Below the pieces are notes generated by a model, which did not search any database, had not been told where the DNA came from, and saw only the letters and a program-made list of their open reading frames with translations. Positions 15,941 through 25,093 of a stretch of DNA of 41,657 nucleotides are shown in pieces (positions within the stretch are counted from its first letter, which is position 1; each line of letters begins with the position of its first letter). The stretch spans positions 1 through 41,657 of the IMG/VR virus record IMGVR_UViG_3300027419_000013. One strand, 5' to 3'. A program made the translations under genes and the position numbers. Origin of the DNA: a virus.

Positions 15941-16657
15941 TTACCAGAATTTAGAATTGGTCGTCATGTGGCGACCTCCCCCTGAGGTAGGCCAGGTTCC
16001 ATTCGCAAGATTAGTAATTTCTGTTGGGGTTAAGACTCTTGAATAAAAAGCCACATCGTCTATTCTTCCCGCACAATAAACTCCTGAAAACTGGTGGTCA
16101 CAAATGGTAAAAAAGGTGGCGGCATCAAGAGTGGGGTTTCCCGTTACAGCCCCCGTGGTATTTTCAGAACCATTTACATAAAGCCTTGAAATACTGTTAG
16201 GTCGGTCAAAAACTACGGTGATGTGAAACCAATTACTGTCCGAGGATATAGGGGTTCCAGAAGAAGTATAATTAAAAAAATTACTACCGTCCTGGTAGAT
16301 TTGAACGAGTATAGACCCGTTGGTGTTTATTCTTGTGATATGGTATCCACCACTTCCTCCTGCCCTTCCTAACCAATCCTGTGCTCCAGCCGCTCTGTTT
16401 GTGGGATAAACCCAGAAGGCAACAGTCCAACTCCCTGTACCAAAATCCAAATTTGCATCAGAAGCCAGATCTATTGTGGTGGAACTTCCGTTTGAAACAA
16501 CAGCATTGCCAAATTCCCCAGTATTATATGTTACGTCTGTCCCTGAAGCAGAAATTGAATTTGGTCCAGAGTCAGTTAAATTATTTTCAAGCCTTACATA
16601 GTACTCTAGGTTTGCATCCGTAAAGAGAGGTGTTGAATAAAGTTCTATGGCTGCCAT
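15941..16657 (-). CDS. LamG/concanavalin-A-like lectin-domain protein (paralog of 11043..11708)
   Basis: 'LENNLTDSGPN', 'DFGTGSWTVAFWVYP' and 'GRIDDVAFYSRVLTPTEITNL' give the same motif order as the other LamG ORF. Confidence 0.8.
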   Translation of the reverse strand: MAAIELYSTPLFTDANLEYYVRLENNLTDSGPNSISASGTDVTYNTGEFGNAVVSNGSSTTIDLASDANLDFGTGSWTVAFWVYPTNRAAGAQDWLGRAGGSGGYHITRINTNGSILVQIYQDGSNFFNYTSSGTPISSDSNWFHITVVFDRPNSISRLYVNGSENTTGAVTGNPTLDAATFFTICDHQFSGVYCAGRIDDVAFYSRVLTPTEITNLANGTWPTSGGGRHMTTNSKFW

Positions 16658-16658
16658 G

Positions 16659-16835
16659 TTATATTAAGATCCTTTCTTCTACTGAGTCTCTGGTATCAAC
16701 AATTTCCCTTTCGATTTCACCACTCCTGTCACACAAGTCTCTCCCCTGAGGGGCTGTGGTTACTCCTTTGATGATTTTATTTGAGTCTTCCTGAAGAAGA
16801 AAACCTCCGTCTTCTGTAAGCAGAAAGTCGTTCAT
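16659..16835 (-). CDS. small tail-fibre-associated protein (58 aa, below the ORF-track cutoff)
   Basis: Hand translation: MNDFLLTEDGGFLLQEDSNKIIKGVTTAPQGRDLCDRSGEIEREIVDTRDSVEERILI. It exactly fills the gap between two genes. Confidence 0.5.
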   Translation of the reverse strand: MNDFLLTEDGGFLLQEDSNKIIKGVTTAPQGRDLCDRSGEIEREIVDTRDSVEERILI

Positions 16836-17426
16836 TTAAGCGGTACGCTTGAACATATAAACCACAATATAGGGTTGAACCACGCTTGTGGCAGCACCCG
16901 GAGTGTTAGTACCCACTGGGGTGTAATCAGCAGCTCCTCCTGTTGGGTTGGAAGTAGAAACTGCCGTTACGTTACTTCCCGCTGTTCCCCCTGTCCCTCC
17001 TGAACTTGTATCAACAACGGCAGAGGTGGTGAAATTTCCTGTTGCTGGAGTACCGTATCTTTGAACGTGAACGTGGTTTACTACCGTAGTAGAAGCCGTA
17101 CCAGCAAAAGTCTGAGCTGAAGATTGAACGGTTTTTGCTCCCCCTGTTTCCTCTACCGTATCAAAACTGGTATCCCCGCTATCAAGTCCCACTAAAACTT
17201 TCCCTGCACCAAAAGCCGCCCAAGTTCCGAATCCCAGTAAAGTGTTAGGATTGGTTGAAACAACTGATATAAATACCGCTCCGACAGGCCAGGCAGCTTT
17301 CAGTAAGTTAACTAGGGTAGTTTTCTTTGTTGTGGGTGTTCCTGCGGGATCATCTACCATGGCAAGGACATCATCCACAGTGGGACTGACCAATTCAGTC
17401 AATTCTGAGATTTTTGCATCAGCCAT
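16836..17426 (-). CDS. tail fibre protein (short)
   Basis: The track ORF starts at a TTG (17447). The ATG at 17426 gives 'MADAKISELTELVSPTVDDVLAMVDDPAGTPTTKKTTLVNLL', a typical fibre N-terminus. The C-terminal part is G/T/S-rich. Confidence 0.7.
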   Translation of the reverse strand: MADAKISELTELVSPTVDDVLAMVDDPAGTPTTKKTTLVNLLKAAWPVGAVFISVVSTNPNTLLGFGTWAAFGAGKVLVGLDSGDTSFDTVEETGGAKTVQSSAQTFAGTASTTVVNHVHVQRYGTPATGNFTTSAVVDTSSGGTGGTAGSNVTAVSTSNPTGGAADYTPVGTNTPGAATSVVQPYIVVYMFKRTA

Positions 17427-17427
17427 A

Positions 17428-19158
17428 TTACTCTTGGAAGTAAACAACCTTTCCGCCGATTTTTGCTGAAGTCCCTGTCATGTCAAACTTCTGAACAACA
17501 ATCGAACCTGAAGGACATCCTATGTACACAGGAGAGTCTGGGGAGCCTGATTCAACCCATCCTCCTCCGGGGTTAAGGGTGATTCCTATGGAGGCATTAC
17601 CAGTAAGATACGTCACCCCTGAAAGAATACTCACCCTCACGGTGGCATCGGAATTAAGTACTAAGTTTGTTATATATATGGTATTGGCGTTGGTTGGCAC
17701 GGCAAGAGTAGCCTGGCTACTTGTAGACAAAGTAATAGGCATTCCCAAAAGAGTTTTGTTTGTCCCTGCGTTTTTTGTGGCAATTGAATCTGTCGCGGAA
17801 GCCAATCTCGTTCCCAATGTGACCGTAGCCATCCCGGCACTCAAGGTTACTGTGGCAAATCCTATGTTGTTAACCCCCGCATTTATTCCTATTCCGCCCC
17901 CAAGGATAGAGACTGACCCAATATTGGCCGAACTTGCTATGAGAGCAGGTTGGTTTAGCAAGGTGACACAACCAATATTTGCAGTTCCCGCTATTAATGC
18001 CGGCTGATTGAGAAGAGTAACGCATCCGATATTGGCAGTGCCCGCGACTAAAGCTGGTTGGTTAACAGTATTGACCGTAGCAAACCCTATTCCTGCCACC
18101 CCGGCAGTTAAAGCATGCGCGGCGACCGTAACAGTATGCCCGACAGTCACTAATCCTAGGTAAGTCTTAGGGTCAACCCACGCCTTTATGGTTCCCACAT
18201 CCACCGTGGCCAGACCGACATAAGCAGCACCAGCGACCAAAGCGGGTTGGTTTACCACATTAATTGTAGCGAAACCTATTCCGTTAACCCCAGCGACCAA
18301 ACCCACGAGTGATCCATCATCTAGGGTAACATTACCAGAAAAAGAAGTGGAAACAGTATTGGCGACCGTGACTAAACCAATGTAAGTTTTTGGATCAGCC
18401 CAGGCTTTAATTGTCCCTATGTCAACAGTTGCTAATCCAATATAAGCCGCTCCTGCAATTAAACCCGTTAACGACCCATCATCCAAGGTGACATTTCCGG
18501 AGAAGGTAACAGGCACCGTGTTGGTGACAGTGACCATACCTATGGCATTTGCTCCTGCGGCAAGTCCCACTGTCCCGCTAACTGAAGCCAGACCTATGTA
18601 TCCTTTGGAATCTGAAAGAGTAATGTTTCCAGAGATTGTTCTTGAGATCGACGTGGGTGTGACGGTAGCGAAACCAATGTTGCTTACTCCGGCAGCCAGG
18701 CCGACTGTTCCCGAAACTGAGGTCAGGCCGATGTATGTTTGGGGATCTGGCCACGAAGCAACGGGGGTAACTGAAGCAAATCCGATGTTGTTGACTCCTG
18801 CTAACAATCCAACCAAACTTCCGTCATCAAGCGTTACGTTGCCGGAAAAAGTAACTGGAACAGTGTTAGCGACAGTTACTATGGAATTGGTTATGCCCAC
18901 GGCTCCCGTATTAACAACGGCATACAAAGTAGGGGTAGAAACAGCGACAGTAGCAAAGCCAATGTTGTTTAGCCCTGAATCCAATACGATAGAAGCCTGA
19001 CCCGCAGCAGAAGTGTTCACCACTGCATAAATGGTGGGTGTTCCGTATAAAGTTACAGTTGCCTGACCCGCAGCGGTAATCGTCCCGGCGACAACATTTA
19101 CCTTCAACCCCTTATTGGAGTCGTCGTATGATTCTCTGATTACGTCTTGGAAATTCAT
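17428..19158 (-). CDS. repetitive tail fibre/spike protein
   Basis: 576 aa built from iterated 'AG(V/A)xNIGFATV' and 'TVxNTVPVTFSGNVTLDDGSLxGL' modules and three 17-aa tandem repeats. Confidence 0.75.
   Translation of the reverse strand: MNFQDVIRESYDDSNKGLKVNVVAGTITAAGQATVTLYGTPTIYAVVNTSAAGQASIVLDSGLNNIGFATVAVSTPTLYAVVNTGAVGITNSIVTVANTVPVTFSGNVTLDDGSLVGLLAGVNNIGFASVTPVASWPDPQTYIGLTSVSGTVGLAAGVSNIGFATVTPTSISRTISGNITLSDSKGYIGLASVSGTVGLAAGANAIGMVTVTNTVPVTFSGNVTLDDGSLTGLIAGAAYIGLATVDIGTIKAWADPKTYIGLVTVANTVSTSFSGNVTLDDGSLVGLVAGVNGIGFATINVVNQPALVAGAAYVGLATVDVGTIKAWVDPKTYLGLVTVGHTVTVAAHALTAGVAGIGFATVNTVNQPALVAGTANIGCVTLLNQPALIAGTANIGCVTLLNQPALIASSANIGSVSILGGGIGINAGVNNIGFATVTLSAGMATVTLGTRLASATDSIATKNAGTNKTLLGMPITLSTSSQATLAVPTNANTIYITNLVLNSDATVRVSILSGVTYLTGNASIGITLNPGGGWVESGSPDSPVYIGCPSGSIVVQKFDMTGTSAKIGGKVVYFQE
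17911..18063 (-). repeat. 3 x 51-bp tandem repeat inside the fibre gene
   Basis: Encodes NQPALVAGTANIGCVTL / LNQPALIAGTANIGCVTL / LNQPALIASSANIGSVSI. The DNA copies are clearly similar by eye. Confidence 0.8.
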
Positions 19159-19652
19159 TTTTTGTTAAGTTCAAGATGGGCAAAAAGATATAACTCTTCG
19201 ATACGTTTAGCTTGGCCGAAAGAGGGAACAGAACGACTCTTTTCTCCAATCCAACGTATTAATTTAGTAAGGTCATCTGTACCGCTTTTCCACTTCGCCC
19301 ATTCCACAATTTCAAAAACCCTGTCGGAGTATTTGTTCCACTCGTGGACAGTGTCTACTCCCAGGAATTTACCCACCGTATTGTAGGTGGGGTTGGTTAT
19401 CATTTGTTCCGATGTTTGAGTAGCGACAACAGACGCCCTTTTCTTTTCAGCCATCCTTTTAACCACCTGATTAAACGAGTAAGGATTCTCCGTGTATACA
19501 CGAGGCTTTTTGTCAAACTTCTGGATATTTTTTGATAATTCGATTTTTTCGACTTCATACTGTTTGGGTTTGGCTTCCAGGTGTCCCTTAACAGAAACCT
19601 CCTCATGTGGGGTTTCATCTGAGGGAATTTCAATAACATCTGGTTGAGCCAT
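19155..19652 (-). CDS. hypothetical protein (first gene of the fibre operon)
   Basis: 165-aa ORF. The ATG directly follows a terminator T-tract. ATGA overlap with the fibre gene. Confidence 0.6.
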   Translation of the reverse strand: MAQPDVIEIPSDETPHEEVSVKGHLEAKPKQYEVEKIELSKNIQKFDKKPRVYTENPYSFNQVVKRMAEKKRASVVATQTSEQMITNPTYNTVGKFLGVDTVHEWNKYSDRVFEIVEWAKWKSGTDDLTKLIRWIGEKSRSVPSFGQAKRIEELYLFAHLELNKK

Positions 19653-19676
19653 AAAAAAAGACCGCTTTCGCGGCCT
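19653..19676 (-). terminator. rho-independent terminator (downstream boundary of the glyco-island)
   Basis: Minus strand: GGCCGC-GAAA-GCGGTC + TTTTTTT, then the ATG. Confidence 0.8.
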
Positions 19677-19695
19677 GCACCTTTAGAGTTAGGCT

Positions 19696-20472
19696 TTATA
19701 TATTATACCCCGACAGGCAACCGACATTCAAGGGACGCTCCCCGTTAAGCAGGTCTTTTATATGCTTTGTGAACAAGGGCGCAGTTACACTAAAGTATTT
19801 TTCATCCCAGTCTTCTGTCAGTCTCCCGTGCTTGACTCCCCTATATTCAATGCTCTGGTCAATATACAAGTCATAACCCAGTTTCTCCACGCGATGGCTC
19901 AATTCCTTCTCTCCGACTCCCGGACCCTTGTCGTATTCTTCATCCATCCCACCGCAGTCAATTATGGCTTGTTTGGGGATAGAGCAGACGCACATCTCCA
20001 TTTCAGAAGGGGAAACCTTGTAGAAAGTACCGATGTCCATTCTCGCCCTAGGGTCTTGCCAGACCAGATTTGAAGGTTTCCCAATAGAATCGATGTCGGA
20101 GTAGTGATGCCCCACCGCCGTCACTAGAGCTTTGGGGTTGTTTTTGTAGTGTTGCCAGAACCTTGAAAGAGTATCGGGGGGCAACCAGACCATGTCCTGG
20201 ACGTTAACAATGAGTTGTCCTTTTGAAAAAGCATAGGCTTTGTTCCAAGCTTTACTTAAATTCCAGAAATCACCCTCTCTTTTGGGGGGCTCAGGCACGA
20301 AAATGTGAGGCTGTGAGACCGTGTAACCCTCTACATCGGCTCTTAAATGTTCAGGTGCGACAATCAACCATTCAAAATCACGAAAATCCTGTTTGCGAAG
20401 ACTTTTTGCGACAATTTCACAACCTTGGGGTCTGACAGTGGGGGTTATGACTGTTAAGGAAAAGGTTTCCAT
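19696..20472 (-). CDS. glycosyltransferase, GT-A fold (family-2-like)
   Basis: The N-terminal 'LTVITPTVRPQG...LRKQDFRDFEWLIV' resembles the GT2 beta-alpha-beta start. An acidic 'NVQD' sits at the expected DxD position. Confidence 0.6.
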   Translation of the reverse strand: METFSLTVITPTVRPQGCEIVAKSLRKQDFRDFEWLIVAPEHLRADVEGYTVSQPHIFVPEPPKREGDFWNLSKAWNKAYAFSKGQLIVNVQDMVWLPPDTLSRFWQHYKNNPKALVTAVGHHYSDIDSIGKPSNLVWQDPRARMDIGTFYKVSPSEMEMCVCSIPKQAIIDCGGMDEEYDKGPGVGEKELSHRVEKLGYDLYIDQSIEYRGVKHGRLTEDWDEKYFSVTAPLFTKHIKDLLNGERPLNVGCLSGYNI

Positions 20473-21146
20473 GGTTTTGCCAACTCTCCGGGGAATAAAT
20501 TCTCAAATTCTTCCTCGGCAGTCATCCCGTGTTTAATAATGTAGTATTTTTTGTTCGCTTCATTGATGGCTTCATGCTGGGGGTCTCTTCTTACTGTAAA
20601 GGAATCAAGGTGTTGGTACTCGGCTTTGTTAGTGTAGGCTGTCGTATAACCCTTTTCCCTCATTCTTGACCAGAAATCCCAATCATCGTAACTGTTGCGA
20701 AAGTTTTCGTCGTACAACTGAACGTTCCTGACAACAAAAAACGATGAAGTACACCATCTCTCCTTTCCCGATGGCCAAGTCTCATTACTAGGGTTGAAAG
20801 GTTGGTCGTAGGGAATCATCCGATAATGCAAACTCCCAATCTTTGGGTCTTCCAGCACGTCTTCCGCTATCGGCAGCCATTGTGGGGGAACCCTGATGTC
20901 ATTGTTCGCCACGGCCACGATCTTACCGGCTAGTTTAAGCCCTTGGTTTACGGCTCTGGCGTACCCAATGTTTACTTTGTCATAGATTAACAGGTCAGCC
21001 CACTCTCTTAATTGCCCATGACCCATTACTGATCCGTTATCAATTATTATCAACTTGATGTCGTTTTCCCTTAAAGACTTAACCGCACTCTCCGTAACAG
21101 CCATTGTCTCAGGATCGAGTATATAGGCGGGCATGATTACGTCCAT
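20454..21146 (-). CDS. glycosyltransferase family 2
   Basis: 'KLIIIDNGS', 'NIGYARAVNQG' and 'VANNDIRV' form a classic GT2 (rhamnosyltransferase-like) motif set. Confidence 0.8.
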   Translation of the reverse strand: MDVIMPAYILDPETMAVTESAVKSLRENDIKLIIIDNGSVMGHGQLREWADLLIYDKVNIGYARAVNQGLKLAGKIVAVANNDIRVPPQWLPIAEDVLEDPKIGSLHYRMIPYDQPFNPSNETWPSGKERWCTSSFFVVRNVQLYDENFRNSYDDWDFWSRMREKGYTTAYTNKAEYQHLDSFTVRRDPQHEAINEANKKYYIIKHGMTAEEEFENLFPGELAKPWKPFP

Positions 21147-21955
21147 GTCAGTCCTTTCTTAATTTGGTTTGCGTAAATAACATGACTATATCTTTCTAGT
21201 ACAAACTGTCTCGGACTTGTAAGACCAGATTGTTTGTATTCTTGGATGTAACTCATGGCTCTTATGTTTTGGGGGTTGATTACCTCAGGGAGGACGTCGC
21301 AACTCATGGCTTCAAGGACTGTCCTTTCAGATCCGTGAACTGCTGGGATAATTACAGACTGGGACCTCCGATAATAATCCCTTATTTTTTCCGCAGGAAA
21401 GTAGCCGACTTCAACTTTTACCCCTTCATCACAGCACTCTTCATAAATCAGGTGTCCGTCAGGTTGGATTGTCCCCACACATAGAAGGTCACTCCCATAG
21501 TGGGCAATCAAATCTTGCCTCTTCCAGGGAGAGAAAGTGGCGGGGTAGAAGTATTTGATGTCTTTAGATACACTTTGATCTGGTGTAAAGAAGTCAGTGT
21601 CTGTTCCGAAAGCTTTTATTGCCGGTAAACCCGCCATTTTTACATGATTGTAAATGGGTTCGGACTCACAAAACACAACATTAAGTTTTCTTAAGTTGTC
21701 CATGTTCATAGGAGCGGTGGTGAGACAAAGTCCTTTCCAGCAGTCAAACTGGTTTAATTTACCAAAGACTTCTGAATTTGAGTCATCCCAGAACAACAAG
21801 TAGTCCGGAGTGTAGTCCGGAAGCCTCTTACCAATGATCCAATCCACTTCATATTCCTTTTCCAGTAATTCAATTGCCGCCCTCAACCCGTCCCTCCAGT
21901 TCTCATAGACGAGGGGGGCTTTGTCGAAGTACCAGCAGAAAGATAGTTTTTTCAT
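21137..21955 (-). CDS. glycosyltransferase, GT-B fold (group-1-like)
   Basis: The C-terminal 'PAVHGSERTVLEAMSCDVLPEV' matches the GT1/GT4 E-x7-E region. Confidence 0.6.
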   Translation of the reverse strand: MKKLSFCWYFDKAPLVYENWRDGLRAAIELLEKEYEVDWIIGKRLPDYTPDYLLFWDDSNSEVFGKLNQFDCWKGLCLTTAPMNMDNLRKLNVVFCESEPIYNHVKMAGLPAIKAFGTDTDFFTPDQSVSKDIKYFYPATFSPWKRQDLIAHYGSDLLCVGTIQPDGHLIYEECCDEGVKVEVGYFPAEKIRDYYRRSQSVIIPAVHGSERTVLEAMSCDVLPEVINPQNIRAMSYIQEYKQSGLTSPRQFVLERYSHVIYANQIKKGLTWT

Positions 21956-22653
21956 AGCAATTTCCTTATCTTTTCAGGAATAGGCTGTCGGTTGACTTTG
22001 TACCTACCAATATCTCCGTGCGTCCCCGTGTGGTGTCTGGGGTAGTCAAACTCCCTCATGGGATCAAGGTATTTCAGATGCAGAAGATACAGTCCAGTAT
22101 CTTTAACATCCTTTACATCCTGTTCGTGTCCTTTAATGTAATGAAAGCCTTCACCCCAGTCAGTAGGAATCCTTGAGAGAGCGGGTTTGTTGTAGCTTGC
22201 AGTGTCGTCCTTACACCACCACTTCCTCTGCATAAGAATGGGTTGGTCATATAGAATCGGGTTTTCATCATCCTCCTGATACACATCGAACCCCTCGCAG
22301 TAAGTTTGAGCCAGATCACATTTGCTCATAAAGTGCCTCAACCCGTCATATTTTTCCGGATCAGCCACAATAATCTCATCGGAATCCGAGTAAAGCACCC
22401 ACCCATGATCAACCAATAACTCCCTCTGTTTTTCGAAAACCTTCTGGTGGGAGTTCATGTTGTAGAACTCGTCTTTAAGATCGATATAAGTGAAAGGGTA
22501 TTTCTCCTTTAGGGCTTCGAATGTTCCAGGAGCGTTTCCGTTATACGTTCCGGCGAACACAAATAGGTCTTCAAAGTATCTAGAGTAGTACCTTAACCAC
22601 ATCTCCAAAAAGATCTCGCACCTGAAGATTCTGGTCATGGCAGCGTTTTTCAT
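21952..22653 (-). CDS. glycosyltransferase, GT-A fold (GT2/GT92-like)
   Basis: 'EIFLEMWLRYYSRYFEDLFVF' and 'LYSDSDEIIV' (DxD) are as in Glyco_tranf_2_4/GT92-type enzymes. Confidence 0.55.
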   Translation of the reverse strand: MKNAAMTRIFRCEIFLEMWLRYYSRYFEDLFVFAGTYNGNAPGTFEALKEKYPFTYIDLKDEFYNMNSHQKVFEKQRELLVDHGWVLYSDSDEIIVADPEKYDGLRHFMSKCDLAQTYCEGFDVYQEDDENPILYDQPILMQRKWWCKDDTASYNKPALSRIPTDWGEGFHYIKGHEQDVKDVKDTGLYLLHLKYLDPMREFDYPRHHTGTHGDIGRYKVNRQPIPEKIRKLL

Positions 22654-23138
22654 TTCTTAAACTTCAATTTCCTTAACACCTCTTCCACACACTCAAAGTA
22701 CCGGGGAAGTGCGAGATTGTAGTATTCTCCAAAAGTCTTAACCCTGGGCGTTTCAAAGAACACCGAGTGAATCAACGGTCCTTCATCTACGTCAGCCGTC
22801 ATGAAGTGACACTGTATGGAAGCCTGAGTGTCTTTGTTGTCCATGTATCTTTGAACGGGAGTCTGGCCTTTGTATTTGTAGAGGCAGTCGTGAAAGTTAA
22901 TACACGGTCCTTTGAGATACTCCATGGGGATGATTCTTTCGCCGTGACAGGACACAAACAGGTCGTACTTACCCATTACTTCCCGGTTAACCGTTTCCAA
23001 TCCAAAAGCCTTAGCCGCCGACCTGGTAATGTCATCATTTGGAATAACCTTAACCTTGAACCCGTTGGCCAAGAGGTCTAACAGAACCACCAGTCCTACT
23101 TGGGACTTACCATAGAAGATGGCCGTCTTTTGTTTCAT
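22650..23138 (-). CDS. formyltransferase catalytic domain (sugar N-formyltransferase-like, compact)
   Basis: 'INFHDCLYKYKGQTPVQR' and 'HFMTADVDEGPLI' correspond to the N/H and D catalytic motifs of the Fmt/PurN/ArnA N-terminal domain. It is only 162 aa, with no C-terminal domain. Confidence 0.6.
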   Translation of the reverse strand: MKQKTAIFYGKSQVGLVVLLDLLANGFKVKVIPNDDITRSAAKAFGLETVNREVMGKYDLFVSCHGERIIPMEYLKGPCINFHDCLYKYKGQTPVQRYMDNKDTQASIQCHFMTADVDEGPLIHSVFFETPRVKTFGEYYNLALPRYFECVEEVLRKLKFKK

Positions 23139-23734
23139 TTGAAAGCTGCGAATTTAGATAAATCGGGGTAACCTTGGGATTCTCTGGGGAGATCAGCTAA
23201 CTCCTTGTCTTTAATGAAGTGGAACTGTAATAACCCTCTGGCAGCCTGTTCGGGGGTCATGTAGGCGTTGTATCCCACAATGTCTATGTTGTCTTCAGCT
23301 ATGGATACACCCTCAGTTCTTCCATCAAACCTAGCCTTCCTTATCCAATCCGCCGCTTCTTTGTCATCGGTAAGCACCATTCCTCCTCTACCTATAGGGC
23401 AGAGCTTTCTCATGTGGAAGGAAATGCCATAAAGCGTTCCGGGGATGTACATTCCTCTTTTGAAACGCAAAGCGCTATCAATAATTCCATAGGGTTTCAG
23501 TTCATAACATCCTTCCCAGTCTTCATCTCTCCATTTAATCGTTCCTCCGGCGTGGATAATCGAAGCAGGGACGCTGATATAAGTTCTCCGGGGGATCTCT
23601 ACCTCTTTGACCTTCTTATACAGACATGACAATAGCAAAGCCATGGTTAATGATTCTGTCGAAACCCCGTACTTTGCCCCTGCAAATTCGGCAATGTTAT
23701 TCTCAAAGTCCCTAACAACCTGAAAAGCATCCAT
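23135..23734 (-). CDS. DegT/DnrJ/EryC1-like PLP sugar aminotransferase, unusually short (199 aa)
   Basis: 'VRDFENNIAEFAGAKYGVSTESLTMALLL', 'IIDSA' and 'SFHMRKLCPIGRGGMVLTDD' (PLP-Lys motif SFxxxK...GEGG) occur in the family order. The protein is about half the usual length. Confidence 0.55.
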   Translation of the reverse strand: MDAFQVVRDFENNIAEFAGAKYGVSTESLTMALLLSCLYKKVKEVEIPRRTYISVPASIIHAGGTIKWRDEDWEGCYELKPYGIIDSALRFKRGMYIPGTLYGISFHMRKLCPIGRGGMVLTDDKEAADWIRKARFDGRTEGVSIAEDNIDIVGYNAYMTPEQAARGLLQFHFIKDKELADLPRESQGYPDLSKFAAFK

Positions 23735-24542
23735 AAAACTCCTTCACCGCTTCTTCAATGGAGTGGTGGGCGGTAAAATCCAACTCCTTGACGCGGTCGT
23801 AATTAATCGTGTAACTTCTGTTGTCTGCCCCATCTTCCTTGTAAACAATACTCGCCCCTGTCGCTACGGAAATCCTGTGTCCGATTTCGTCAATCGAGAG
23901 GTTTTGTCCGTTTGTCCCCAAGTTATACAGCCTGTGGGGAGGATCTTTTACCGCCAGAGCCAACTTTATACCATTAACAACGTCTTTTACGTGTAGTAAT
24001 GACCTTCTTTTGTCTTTTCCGGCGATGGTAATCTTTCCTGTATCGTAAGCTGATTTTGTCATTCCATTTACGATGGTGTCAAATCGCGTAAAGGGTGCAA
24101 GTCCGTAACAGGTGGCAAAACGGAAGACGACACTGTTGACATCGGGGTGTAAAAACAATTCCTCTGAAAGGTGTTTTGTTTTGGCGTATAAGGTTAAAGG
24201 CCTCACATTACCATCTTCTGTACAAAGACCTTCCTGAGAGCCGTACACCGACCCAGATGAAGCGTAAACGATGCGCTTACCAGTATTTCTAAGGAATTTG
24301 GAGATTAAATCATTGGCTAAGTAATTGGTCTGCCAGGTAAACTCAGGATCTCTATCCAGTAGAGGGTCCATTGATGTCCCCGCCAAGTGAACGATAGCTT
24401 CAGCGTTCTGGAGAGCTAGCATAATAGTCCTGACATTTCTTATGTCCTGACCTTGTTTCAGGTCGTAAACCTCAAAATCTTCCAGATCGTCACAAAGAGC
24501 CGACCCTACATACCCTAATCCTCCCAAAACTAATATTTTCAT
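23712..24542 (-). CDS. NAD-dependent epimerase/dehydratase (extended SDR)
   Basis: 'MKILVLGGLGYVGS' is a GxxGxxG motif, with 'ASSGSVYG' and the catalytic 'YAKTK' (YxxxK). Confidence 0.85.
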   Translation of the reverse strand: MKILVLGGLGYVGSALCDDLEDFEVYDLKQGQDIRNVRTIMLALQNAEAIVHLAGTSMDPLLDRDPEFTWQTNYLANDLISKFLRNTGKRIVYASSGSVYGSQEGLCTEDGNVRPLTLYAKTKHLSEELFLHPDVNSVVFRFATCYGLAPFTRFDTIVNGMTKSAYDTGKITIAGKDKRRSLLHVKDVVNGIKLALAVKDPPHRLYNLGTNGQNLSIDEIGHRISVATGASIVYKEDGADNRSYTINYDRVKELDFTAHHSIEEAVKEFYGCFSGC

Positions 24543-25093
24543 ATCTTTTTACATACTGCGATTCCCTGTTCGATTTGCACCGAAGAGAAGAATCTATCAG
24601 ATAATTTATTGATTGCTCGTTTGACAGTAAACCTCAGTTCTCCCCTAAGACCACGGCCGTGACATTCGGTGTTGTAGTCATGAAACAGCACATAACTGCC
24701 ACTCCTGACGCAGGGGACAAACAACTCGATGTCTTCCATGACCTGTTTGAATGAATGATCGCCGTCAATAAATAACAAGTCGATGGGTTGTATCCACTCC
24801 GCGCCTGCTTCACTTGAGTGTTTTCTGATGAAATCAACCCTTAACCCTTTGATATTTTCCATTAACTCTCCCTCAACGTTTCCCATTGCCATTGAATCTA
24901 TTGTTGTTATCTCACTTTTGGGGGAGGAGAGAGCTAATAGAGTTGTCGACCTTCCGGCGTAACACCCAATCTCAACAATAGTCCCCTTTACCTTTGAAGC
25001 GTACTTATGAAGAACCTCACAGTCTTCAAATCCCATCCAACCGGGGATGTCTTTAATAGAATCGAAAATCTCATCAAAAGTCATAGTACGCAA
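24539..25093 (-). CDS. class I SAM-dependent methyltransferase (Methyltransf_24/CmcI-like)
   Basis: 'IVEIGCYAGRSTTLLA' is motif I, and 'DLLFIDGDHSF' is also present. Confidence 0.75.
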   Translation of the reverse strand: MRTMTFDEIFDSIKDIPGWMGFEDCEVLHKYASKVKGTIVEIGCYAGRSTTLLALSSPKSEITTIDSMAMGNVEGELMENIKGLRVDFIRKHSSEAGAEWIQPIDLLFIDGDHSFKQVMEDIELFVPCVRSGSYVLFHDYNTECHGRGLRGELRFTVKRAINKLSDRFFSSVQIEQGIAVCKKI

